Source: a virus (lineage: Duplodnaviria; Heunggongvirae; Uroviricota; Caudoviricetes). Taken from it: a stretch of DNA of 64,000 nt. The notes under the pieces are model-generated. The model worked only from the letters and a program-made list of their open reading frames with translations, did no database searches and had not been told where the DNA came from. The stretch lies in the IMG/VR virus record IMGVR_UViG_3300026382_000007; one strand, written 5' to 3'. Below, in pieces: positions 1 to 7,811 of this stretch; positions within the stretch are counted from its first letter, which is position 1, and the number at the start of each line of letters is the position of its first letter. Position numbers and translations under genes: made by a program.

Positions 1-44
1 ATGACAGTGTAATTCCTGATGGGGCTGAACGATGGGCTGATTAT

Positions 45-1016
45 ATGAAAGTTCTTACTCCCGTAGAAAAGAAGTCAGATGGTATGTGGTACAAAAGGGA
101 AGACAAATTTGCCCTCCTTGGTATCAATACAATCAACGGTTCAAAATGTAGACAACTTCTACACCTATTTGAAACTCGCCCAGCTGGGGTTGATACTGTA
201 ATCCATGCTACAAATGTGAACAGTTCACCTCAAACACCCATGACTGCGGCAATGGCACACCACTATGGCCTGAGATGTATTCAAGTTGCTGGTGGTTCAA
301 GTCATAAAAGTTTATCAACTAAGGACTTGCCACTATTCGCTACTATGTTCGGAACTGAATATGAAACGACAATGGGCTCAGGCTTCAATGTGAATATTCA
401 GCGAAGAGTTCGTGATATTATGAAAGACTTCCCAAATTCGTTTACGATTGAGCGGGACATCACACTAGATCATAAATTAGAGTTCAATGGACCTGAAAAA
501 ATTCTAGCATTTCACGATGTCGGTGCTTATCAGACTAAGAACTTTCCTGATCATATTGAGGAATTGGTCATACCGTTTGGTTCAGCAAACTCAACAACAT
601 CAGTATTGTTGGGTCTATCGAGGGATCGTCCTAAAAATCTTAAGAAAATACACCTTGTCAATGTAGGAGTTGACAAACGAGCTTATATGTTTGAAAGACT
701 TGACATAATGGGTGCTGATTATTCTCAGTATGAATTTGTATGGCACGAAAGCGGTTACCCTTATTCAAAAACACTGAAGAATGTCAAGATTGATGATATC
801 ACATTCCATTATAGGTATGAGGCAAAAGTTTATCAGCATATACTTGATTTTCATCCTGAGTTGTTTAAAGAAACGACACTATTTTGGGTCATTGGATCTG
901 TTCCTGACCTTGCAACAACCGCCAAAAACATTGGCAAGGCTATCCCAGAAGAGATAAATGAATTCTTCTGGGAAGCAAAACCTGAAATTGACGAATGGCT
1001 GAAGGAGTCTGAATGA
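45..1016 (+). CDS. PLP-dependent enzyme (fold type II, ACC deaminase/cysteine desulfhydrase-like), homolog of Kuttervirus ViI gp226 thymidine-hypermodification decarboxylase; probably 5'-truncated
   Basis: Motifs KREDKF..GINGSKCRQ (PLP lysine), SPQTPM, GSGFN, ITLDH, PDHIEELVIPFGSANS, RYEAKV, TLFWVIGS follow the ViI gp226 family pattern as I recall it. The frame is open from nt 3 (DSVIPDGAERWADY-MKV), so the true start is probably upstream of the window. Confidence 0.85.
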   Translation: MKVLTPVEKKSDGMWYKREDKFALLGINTINGSKCRQLLHLFETRPAGVDTVIHATNVNSSPQTPMTAAMAHHYGLRCIQVAGGSSHKSLSTKDLPLFATMFGTEYETTMGSGFNVNIQRRVRDIMKDFPNSFTIERDITLDHKLEFNGPEKILAFHDVGAYQTKNFPDHIEELVIPFGSANSTTSVLLGLSRDRPKNLKKIHLVNVGVDKRAYMFERLDIMGADYSQYEFVWHESGYPYSKTLKNVKIDDITFHYRYEAKVYQHILDFHPELFKETTLFWVIGSVPDLATTAKNIGKAIPEEINEFFWEAKPEIDEWLKESE

Positions 1017-1726
1017 GAGTTATAAATTACATCGGTGCAAATGCAACTGGTAAATCGACAAGGGTTACTGTCCTTGTAAACTACTTAGAATCTAAGTTCG
1101 ATGTTGAAGATGTAGAATTCACATATACTAAGAAGTCTAAGAAAAATGGTGACAAGCAAGTCACTACAAAAGTCGGACTTCGCTTCTCAAATGGAGTTGT
1201 AATCTTTGGTAAGTTTGACGGAAGTCGTAAATGGATTGGCCTTGACACTGGTATGTGTTCATCTTGGGATCAAAGATCAGCATTTATCACTGAAATGAAA
1301 GCTCGTGGGGCTGAAACAGTAGTATTTGAGGGTTATTTTAACAACCGCAGTAAGATTGCTGGTCCTGAGACATTTCACAATGCTGGTGCTGATGAAGTTC
1401 ATATTCTAGCGAGTTTTTACGACAAATGTGAAGACTTCTTGATGAGAACTAATATCAGATCAGGAAAGTTGAGTCGTGGTATGGAATGGGCTGAAAATGC
1501 TCCTGGTTGGAAAGACAACAAGGGCATCATCAACTCACAAAAATATTGGCTAGAACAAGCTAAAGAAAATGACACGGTCACTCGTATTGACATTGATGAA
1601 TCAAGAGGTTATCTTGTTGAAAGATTCTTTGAAAAAGACTTTGATTATAATACATTTTATGAGTCATTTGAAAGTCCCTCAGTTGAAGCGAAAGCCCCTG
1701 GAGCGGACTTAGATGAGTGGTTCTAA
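1013..1726 (+). CDS. P-loop kinase, likely 5-hydroxymethyluridine DNA kinase (5-HMUDK)
   Basis: N-terminal Walker A GANATGKSTR, GK..KWIGLD and VVFEG motifs; ATGA overlap with the PLP enzyme; clustered with the dUMP hydroxymethylase. Confidence 0.75.
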   Translation: MRVINYIGANATGKSTRVTVLVNYLESKFDVEDVEFTYTKKSKKNGDKQVTTKVGLRFSNGVVIFGKFDGSRKWIGLDTGMCSSWDQRSAFITEMKARGAETVVFEGYFNNRSKIAGPETFHNAGADEVHILASFYDKCEDFLMRTNIRSGKLSRGMEWAENAPGWKDNKGIINSQKYWLEQAKENDTVTRIDIDESRGYLVERFFEKDFDYNTFYESFESPSVEAKAPGADLDEWF

Positions 1727-1782
1727 CCTTATATTAACCTTAAAATGGTGTTATTAACCTTTTAAGGTTAATATAGTGATTT

Positions 1783-1814
1783 TAAGGTTAATATAAGGTA
1801 ATATACGGTATAAT
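1783..1814 (+). promoter_or_regulatory. early promoter
   Basis: TAAG..TAAG..TACGGTATAAT (-10 at 1809). Confidence 0.8.
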
Positions 1815-1840
1815 ATAGTATATTTAAACAAAGGCTTAAA

Positions 1841-2071
1841 ATGAAATCTTACAACCTAGCAATGGCAAAGAACTTTTATTTCTATGCAATCACAACCTAC
1901 ATAACATTCATAGTGATATCACCAATAGCAATGACAATGGCGATGATAATCGGTGGACTTTCTTCAGTGAAAGACACTTATGGTAGAATCGCTGGTGAGT
2001 TCAAAAAAGTGAACAAGGTTGAATGGAAAGAAATTAGTAATGCAGTTTATGCGAAGTATGGGGTTGCATAA
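1841..2071 (+). CDS. small membrane-associated hypothetical early protein
   Basis: Directly behind an early promoter and AAAGG SD; hydrophobic stretch YITFIVISPIAMTMAMIIGGL. Confidence 0.6.
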   Translation: MKSYNLAMAKNFYFYAITTYITFIVISPIAMTMAMIIGGLSSVKDTYGRIAGEFKKVNKVEWKEISNAVYAKYGVA

Positions 2072-2901
2072 TGAAGAATCTTATGAAATGTGTAGTACAC
2101 TATATGCAAACTGGCGAACACTATGAGTTTGACACAATGGAAGAGCAAAGAGAATACCAAAAGGTTTCTACGAAAATGTTACTTGCTGGCGGTGGTGATA
2201 CTATTCGTGAGATGGCGACATTAGCTATGATACATGCAAAACCAGTTGAGGGAAAGCATGACTGGGATGGCTTACACGGAAAAACATTCGTTGAGGTCAA
2301 AAATGAAACTATGTCTGAGAAAGGCAAGTTTGGTGGAAAGGGCATCTTCAACAATCTCACTTGGAGATCATATGAGAAATATTCAAAGGGTGGTATATAT
2401 CTTCAAGGCTGTTATGGTCGTGATGGTATTTTGGTCGCAGTTGTAGCATTTCGCATTGAGCACCTACTTCCTAAGCTACATAAAGCACTGACTAGAGTAA
2501 TGCCAAACGGTGATGTCTCCGGGAAGAATGTTACGATCAATATTAGTGCCAGTGATTTCCCAGAAGAGACCGAATTAGTGTATCTTCGTGAGGATGCACA
2601 TCGCTCTCTATTCCCAAAGGCAATGTGGGCTCTTATGGCCGTTAGTTATGCTAACGGAACTAAGATTAAGGGTAGATCATACCTGAAAACCGAAAAGAAG
2701 TCAAAGGTCAAATTCACTAACCAAAAGGAAACTGCCGCGAAATATACCAAAGTTGCTGAAATGGTTCGAACCATTTACAACTCAAATATATTCACGATCA
2801 ACTATGATACTGAAAGAATTGAAATTGGTGATACATCAGTCAAACTTTCATCACTCAAACAACGATATCGTCGTGTAATCAAAAATAAGGAAGCTAAATG
2901 A
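2071..2901 (+). CDS. PD-(D/E)XK nuclease, resembling the Hef-like putative homing endonucleases of Campylobacter phages
   Basis: KHDWDG..FVEVKNE catalytic motif followed by GGKGIFNNLT; basic C-terminal extension. Confidence 0.6.
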   Translation: MKNLMKCVVHYMQTGEHYEFDTMEEQREYQKVSTKMLLAGGGDTIREMATLAMIHAKPVEGKHDWDGLHGKTFVEVKNETMSEKGKFGGKGIFNNLTWRSYEKYSKGGIYLQGCYGRDGILVAVVAFRIEHLLPKLHKALTRVMPNGDVSGKNVTINISASDFPEETELVYLREDAHRSLFPKAMWALMAVSYANGTKIKGRSYLKTEKKSKVKFTNQKETAAKYTKVAEMVRTIYNSNIFTINYDTERIEIGDTSVKLSSLKQRYRRVIKNKEAK

Positions 2902-4007
2902 AACATATAACAGGAAAAACAATAAACGAGGTTGTGTACAAGTCGCTTGATGCACTGATTTCAGAGGGTTATAGATCCCCATCTAGGAACGGTGACATTA
3001 GTACGATTTACAATGCATTCGTTGAAATTGAAAATCCTCGTTCTAGACATTTAAGTCTAGTTGGCCGTGATAGCAACATCTTTGCTACTATCGCTGAAAC
3101 ATTCTGGGTGTTCGCTGGTGATAATGCAATTGACCCTTATTTACAATTCTTTTTACCTCGTGCTAGAGATTATGCTGATGATGGTGAAACATGGCGAGGC
3201 GGTTATCCCGAGAGAATCAAAAATGGTAACCAGATTGATGATGTTATTCAGCAATTCAGAAATGAGGGGCTTTATACTCGTCGTGCTGTAACTGCTATTT
3301 ATGACACAAACCTTGATACTGCTGTGAATCTGAGAAAGGTTTATGGCCTTGAAACTACTAAAGATCGCCCATGTAACCTGATTATGGACTTCTTCGTAAC
3401 TCCTGACAAGCGGTTACACATGAATGTTAAGTCTCGTTCAGGTGATGTGCTTTGGGGATTTGGCTCAATTAACATTTTTGAGTGGACTTTCTACCAAGAG
3501 ATGATACTTCAGTTCTTACAAGATGAGATTGACCCTGATGTTACTATGGGCGGTTACAATCACCATGTGACAAACTTACACCTATATGATTTCAGCGGTG
3601 CTCAAGGGTATGCTGTTGTTGAAAATAAGCTGAAGCAATCACTTGGTGTTCAGAACTTTGACCGTTTGGTTTTTCCTGATGTAGATTTTGTACATAGTTA
3701 TTTCAAGTTCTTCGTCGCTCGTGTAAACACATTCATTGAAGAGGGTCGCACTGACTACACTGAAATGGTTGAAGAAATGACAAGGTTGTTTACTGATAAT
3801 GGTATTCCAACTGAAGACAACTTACTTTATGACTACATGAGAGTGACAGTTGCATACACTGCCGCAAAGAACATGAAGCTTCCAAAGGGTATAAAAACAC
3901 CCGATATTGAAGTTAATCTTGATGCTTGTGGGCCTGAGTTTGTCCGTGCTATCGCCAATTCAAAGTTTCGTAAGTTCACAATCTATTACAATGGAGTTAA
4001 GCAATGA
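2898..4007 (+). CDS. thymidylate synthase-family enzyme, likely dUMP hydroxymethylase
   Basis: Catalytic PC (KDRPCN), RSGDVLWGFGSINIFEW (Asn = dUMP rather than dCMP specificity), HHVTNLHLY; 369 aa; adjacent to kinase and PLP enzyme. Confidence 0.85.
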   Translation: MKHITGKTINEVVYKSLDALISEGYRSPSRNGDISTIYNAFVEIENPRSRHLSLVGRDSNIFATIAETFWVFAGDNAIDPYLQFFLPRARDYADDGETWRGGYPERIKNGNQIDDVIQQFRNEGLYTRRAVTAIYDTNLDTAVNLRKVYGLETTKDRPCNLIMDFFVTPDKRLHMNVKSRSGDVLWGFGSINIFEWTFYQEMILQFLQDEIDPDVTMGGYNHHVTNLHLYDFSGAQGYAVVENKLKQSLGVQNFDRLVFPDVDFVHSYFKFFVARVNTFIEEGRTDYTEMVEEMTRLFTDNGIPTEDNLLYDYMRVTVAYTAAKNMKLPKGIKTPDIEVNLDACGPEFVRAIANSKFRKFTIYYNGVKQ

Positions 4008-4804
4008 TAAATCTAAAATCAGTCAATAAGGCACTATCTGAGGATGGAGCCTATGTGCACCGTGCTCTTGATATTGAACTTGGTATTTCGCTGGAGGGTG
4101 TTACAGCTGAATTAGATGCGATCAGTGCTTCATACAGTGATGTCGCAGTTACTCAAAAGCTTTACAGACCTCGTGAAAACCACCCTGATCGCACAGGCGA
4201 TGCTGTTATGAGCACTATTGGCGAGCCTAAACATGCTCCTTTCTTGAAGATGCAAGGCAAAAACAAAAACCTTATGCGTCTCCAAATGCAGTATAATGAT
4301 ATTCTAAGCTACTTCTTCGGGGAAGATATGAGTGATACAAAGTCACTAATGAATTGGCAACGGTATAGACAAGGTGGGGACAATGCTCTTCCTTTCCATG
4401 TTGATTCCGAGTTCTTCAAAGGGCAATGGGATAAAGATTATATTGATCTTGAAGATGGGTTGATCCCTCGCTTTGTGATGGTTATGATAACTGAAAATGA
4501 AAATGCTGGTGCTGGGTTACAAATCAAGGGGAAAGATGGTGAGGTTTCAAATCTTGAACTGAATCCTGGTGATATGGTGATATTTGACAATACTAAGATG
4601 CTCCATGGAGTTCCAGTATCAACACCAAATAAGAGATCAATGGTCGGCTTCCGTAATTTTGAAGCTTATCCACTTTATTTCAATAAAGTTGAATTTGATG
4701 GTTCTCAACCATATGAAAATGGTCATATCAAGGGCTTCGCTGAAACAGTTGATCCTGATAAGGCTAGAACTATGCTATTCGAGGAGGAATTCACATATGC
4801 TTAA
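4004..4804 (+). CDS. 2-oxoglutarate/Fe(II)-dependent dioxygenase
   Basis: NWQRY..ALPFHVDSE (HxD), GLQI, PGDMVIFDNTKMLHGV (distal His), KRSMVGFR (2OG-binding Arg). Confidence 0.85.
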   Translation: MINLKSVNKALSEDGAYVHRALDIELGISLEGVTAELDAISASYSDVAVTQKLYRPRENHPDRTGDAVMSTIGEPKHAPFLKMQGKNKNLMRLQMQYNDILSYFFGEDMSDTKSLMNWQRYRQGGDNALPFHVDSEFFKGQWDKDYIDLEDGLIPRFVMVMITENENAGAGLQIKGKDGEVSNLELNPGDMVIFDNTKMLHGVPVSTPNKRSMVGFRNFEAYPLYFNKVEFDGSQPYENGHIKGFAETVDPDKARTMLFEEEFTYA

Positions 4805-5333
4805 TTTAAACTTGTTCGGTGGTCCAGGGCTTGGAAAGTCCACGACTGCTGCGGGAATATTTCATGAACTGAAGAAAACTGGTTCTAAAGTTGAATACAT
4901 CACTGAGTACGCAAAAGACTTGGTGTTTAGTAAAGACTTTTATCGTCTGAAAGATCAGACATACATTTTAGCTAAACAACATCACCATTTATTCAAACTC
5001 AAAGATCAGGTTGATTTGCTAATCCATGATGGCCCATTCCTACTTGGTTTGGTTTACCTACAAGAAAAGGACGGTTTTCCGGCTCAACAATTCCGAGACT
5101 ATTTATTAGCACTATGGAATTCTTATGAGCATGTAAACATATTCCTGAAAAGAAATACTGATGCGCATGGATATCAAGAGTATGGTCGTGAACAAACACT
5201 TGAGCAAGCACAAGCACTCGATGAACAAGTTCAAGACATGATGGATAAAAACGGTATTCCGTACCACATTGTTGAAGTTGGTGAAAACTCGGTCAAACAT
5301 ATCCTGGAAATCCTCGTAGGTCGTAGAAGTTAA
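4797..5333 (+). CDS. NadR/AAA_28-like P-loop nucleotide kinase
   Basis: Likely start ATG 4797 after GAGGAGG (the track's 4584 extension overlaps the dioxygenase); GGPGLGKST, EYITEYAK, LIHDGPFL. Confidence 0.7.
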   Translation: MLNLNLFGGPGLGKSTTAAGIFHELKKTGSKVEYITEYAKDLVFSKDFYRLKDQTYILAKQHHHLFKLKDQVDLLIHDGPFLLGLVYLQEKDGFPAQQFRDYLLALWNSYEHVNIFLKRNTDAHGYQEYGREQTLEQAQALDEQVQDMMDKNGIPYHIVEVGENSVKHILEILVGRRS

Positions 5334-5362
5334 GCAAGGTTTAAGCTACATTATAGTATAAT
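5331..5362 (+). promoter_or_regulatory. early promoter
   Basis: TAAG 5331 and 5342; TATAAT 5357. Confidence 0.85.
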
Positions 5363-5389
5363 ATAGTATATTATCTGAAAAGGCTTAAA

Positions 5390-5629
5390 ATGAATAACAT
5401 CCAATTAAAACTACACAAGATCTCAACACTTCTGAACCTCTTATCAAAGGTGACTTTGGAGGAAGAAGTGTTGATTGATACTTTCTCAACATCTATTTTA
5501 TTCACTATTGATGAAATTGATGAGCGAGCTGTTCGTGAATCTTTTGAACAAAATGGTGTTGAGTTTTCATCTCGTATGGAAAGATCCGGTCGTTGGACAT
5601 TTGACATTGATTTGTTAGGAGACGAGTAG
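5390..5629 (+). CDS. hypothetical early protein
   Basis: First ORF after early promoter plus AAAGG SD. Confidence 0.6.
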   Translation: MNNIQLKLHKISTLLNLLSKVTLEEEVLIDTFSTSILFTIDEIDERAVRESFEQNGVEFSSRMERSGRWTFDIDLLGDE

Positions 5630-5853
5630 TGACTGCGAAGGAAGTTCTTGATGAACAAAACAAAATCACGGTTGACATTGATGGGGGCGGAGACTACCTC
5701 TATTGTGTCACAATAGGTAAATGTTGGAAATTTGTTGCTGAAACAGACTTCCAAGCTTACGAAAAAGCACTGAAATACATCATGGACAACGGTGTCAGAA
5801 CTGATGCTGAAATAAAATATGAATACGAGAGAGGTAAAAATGCACTTCAATAA
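5629..5853 (+). CDS. hypothetical protein
   Basis: GTG start overlapping the upstream stop; tight packing. Confidence 0.55.
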   Translation: MTAKEVLDEQNKITVDIDGGGDYLYCVTIGKCWKFVAETDFQAYEKALKYIMDNGVRTDAEIKYEYERGKNALQ

Positions 5854-6025
5854 AAAGACTATAATCAAATCATTTAAGTTACTTGTAACTACGAAGCGGA
5901 AGCAAGGGGTTGTAGTTGAAAAACCTGAACTTGTTATACTATGGGACGATTATGTTCGCTCAGCAGTTAGTCAAGGGCTTGTTAATCCCAAAATGGCGAT
6001 CAAGTGGGTAAATCCATATGGTTAA
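5840..6025 (+). CDS. hypothetical protein
   Basis: GAGGT SD before ATG 5840; overlaps both neighbours. Confidence 0.5.
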   Translation: MHFNKKTIIKSFKLLVTTKRKQGVVVEKPELVILWDDYVRSAVSQGLVNPKMAIKWVNPYG

Positions 6026-6311
6026 GTTATCATTTGAAGAATACAAAACAAACTATCAAGGTGTTCGTATCAAGGAAACTTGCTCAGCACTGAAAATGTC
6101 CAAAAAGGAGTGTGAGCAACTGCTTCGTGATGGTTACAATGACTATCTAAAAGAGTGTGGATTTGCTGGTGAGCCTATGTCATATGATGTATGGTCCAAT
6201 CAACCTGGCCAAAAAGAGTTCTTCGCTAGGCTGTTTGTCTCAGAAGAGCGGTCTACTAGACACTTTAAGATGCAGCAAGCATATAAAAAATATAAGGAAA
6301 ACTTCAAATGA
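6018..6311 (+). CDS. hypothetical protein
   Basis: Operon packing, coupled to the dNMP kinase. Confidence 0.55.
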   Translation: MVKLSFEEYKTNYQGVRIKETCSALKMSKKECEQLLRDGYNDYLKECGFAGEPMSYDVWSNQPGQKEFFARLFVSEERSTRHFKMQQAYKKYKENFK

Positions 6312-6859
6312 AAATAGCTATTATGGGACAAGCCGGAGTCGGTAAAGATTTTGTTGTAGATGTATTTACAAAGAAATATGATTATACAAGGGTGTCATTT
6401 TCTGACCAACTGAAAAAATTAGCAGTAAAGATTTATCCTTGGTTTGAGCGGGATTATGCACCCGAAGTGAAAGAAAAGCCTCTTAACATTACAGTTGCTG
6501 GTGAACTTATCACCAAGACACCTCGTGAGATTTGGCTGAGTCTGAATAAACTCAGAGACATTGAAGATGGTATGTTCGTCCGTATGCTCGGCCAAGAAGT
6601 TAAGCTACTGAATGTCCCAAATATCATTATCAGTGATATCAGAACTCAAAATGAATATGACTGGTGTAAGGCAAATGACTACACAGTAGTTGCAGTGCTT
6701 CGTGAGAACATTGAACATGCTGAAAATAGCTTTGATGACTTCGTAAGAAGCCAAATTGCATTCGGTAATTATGAGTATGAGTTCAGAAATGATGAAACTG
6801 GTACTGATGAGATTGAGAAGTTCATTGAAAGTTGCTTCGTGGAGATATCTGATGATTAA
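6308..6859 (+). CDS. deoxynucleoside monophosphate kinase
   Basis: MKIAIMGQAGVGKD, SFSDQLK, TPREIW, IISDIRTQNE pattern of phage dNMP kinases. Confidence 0.8.
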   Translation: MKIAIMGQAGVGKDFVVDVFTKKYDYTRVSFSDQLKKLAVKIYPWFERDYAPEVKEKPLNITVAGELITKTPREIWLSLNKLRDIEDGMFVRMLGQEVKLLNVPNIIISDIRTQNEYDWCKANDYTVVAVLRENIEHAENSFDDFVRSQIAFGNYEYEFRNDETGTDEIEKFIESCFVEISDD

Positions 6860-7220
6860 TTTTGACTTGGATCGACTAGCAGTACCACTTCGCGGTCGTG
6901 GTGGTGGACAGACCACCTCAGGGTTAGTTCAATTATTATCTCATATGGAATTTCTAGATGAAGATGTAGTGATAATCTGCCATGAACAACAAGTCATGGA
7001 ATTTCACCTTGAACAAGCTATGAGAATCGCAAAACTCATGGGATTTAAAGCGGTTCGTGTTGCTGCTCAAACCATTGAGATTGACCGTGAAAAGCGGATT
7101 TACTGGGAACGACCAGGACATACGATTCGCCAGCGAAAGAAACATGCATACTACTTATCTTCTATCACAAAAGAACTTGTGTCTGAAGAGACTTTCTATA
7201 GAATGGATGGTCACCAATAA
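6852..7220 (+). CDS. hypothetical protein with a degenerate P-loop-like motif
   Basis: RGRGGGQTT; start likely ATG 6852 after GGAG. Confidence 0.5.
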   Translation: MINFDLDRLAVPLRGRGGGQTTSGLVQLLSHMEFLDEDVVIICHEQQVMEFHLEQAMRIAKLMGFKAVRVAAQTIEIDREKRIYWERPGHTIRQRKKHAYYLSSITKELVSEETFYRMDGHQ

Positions 7221-7222
7221 AA

Positions 7223-7239
7223 ATCGGGGTTTCCCCGAT
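7223..7239 (+). terminator. stem-loop, probable terminator
   Basis: atcgggg-ttt-ccccgat between a stop codon and the next early promoter. Confidence 0.5.
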
Positions 7240-7262
7240 ATCCCCAAATTTCTTATCAATCT

Positions 7263-7294
7263 TAAGCAAGCTCTAAGCTAACTTTAGGTATAAT
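7263..7294 (+). promoter_or_regulatory. early promoter
   Basis: TAAG 7263 and 7274; TATAAT 7289. Confidence 0.85.
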
Positions 7295-7323
7295 ATACTA
7301 TATCAAAACTTAAAAGGCTTAAT

Positions 7324-7569
7324 ATGAACATCTCAATTGACTTACAACTTAATGGCAAGATCGAAAACCGTGTTATTACTGAATTCGATAAACTGGTTAC
7401 ATTTACAGACGACGACTTAATGAAAATCGGTAACTTACAAATTGGTGGAGTTCCTGAAGAAGTTGAGTATGAAATCTCTAAGCTGATTTTTAACCGTGTT
7501 GAGATTGCTAATCTCAGATTAGACAACGAAAAACTGGCTCTGAAAATGGCTTCCACAAGGATTGCATAA
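7324..7569 (+). CDS. hypothetical early protein
   Basis: First ORF after early promoter plus SD. Confidence 0.6.
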   Translation: MNISIDLQLNGKIENRVITEFDKLVTFTDDDLMKIGNLQIGGVPEEVEYEISKLIFNRVEIANLRLDNEKLALKMASTRIA

Positions 7570-7755
7570 TATTACTTAGAATCAGCAGACAGTAAAATCA
7601 GGGTCTATTGAAGGAAATGTTTGAGGACACTAGTGATTCAGAGGCTTATAATAAGCTTATGAAACTCAGAAACTCAGGCATGGGGTATAATCTACTGACA
7701 TTAAAACGAATGAAAGATCGTTGATGCTCACTTAAAAGATATGGAAGAGATAGAT

Positions 7756-7787
7756 TAATCTAACTCTAAGCAACATTATGGTATAAC
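7756..7787 (+). promoter_or_regulatory. early promoter variant
   Basis: TAAGC..GGTATAAC at 7782. Confidence 0.6.
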
Positions 7788-7811
7788 ACCATAACAAAGA
7801 AAGGTAATTCA

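Noticed and set aside
2898-4007. dCMP hydroxymethylase (T4 gp42-like, hmC pathway)
   Set aside because: The specificity position after RSxD..G is Asn (dUMP type), not Asp, and the neighbours are hmU-pathway enzymes.
4584-4796. N-terminal extension of ORF 4584..5333
   Set aside because: It overlaps the dioxygenase; the likely start is ATG 4797 with a GAGGAGG SD.
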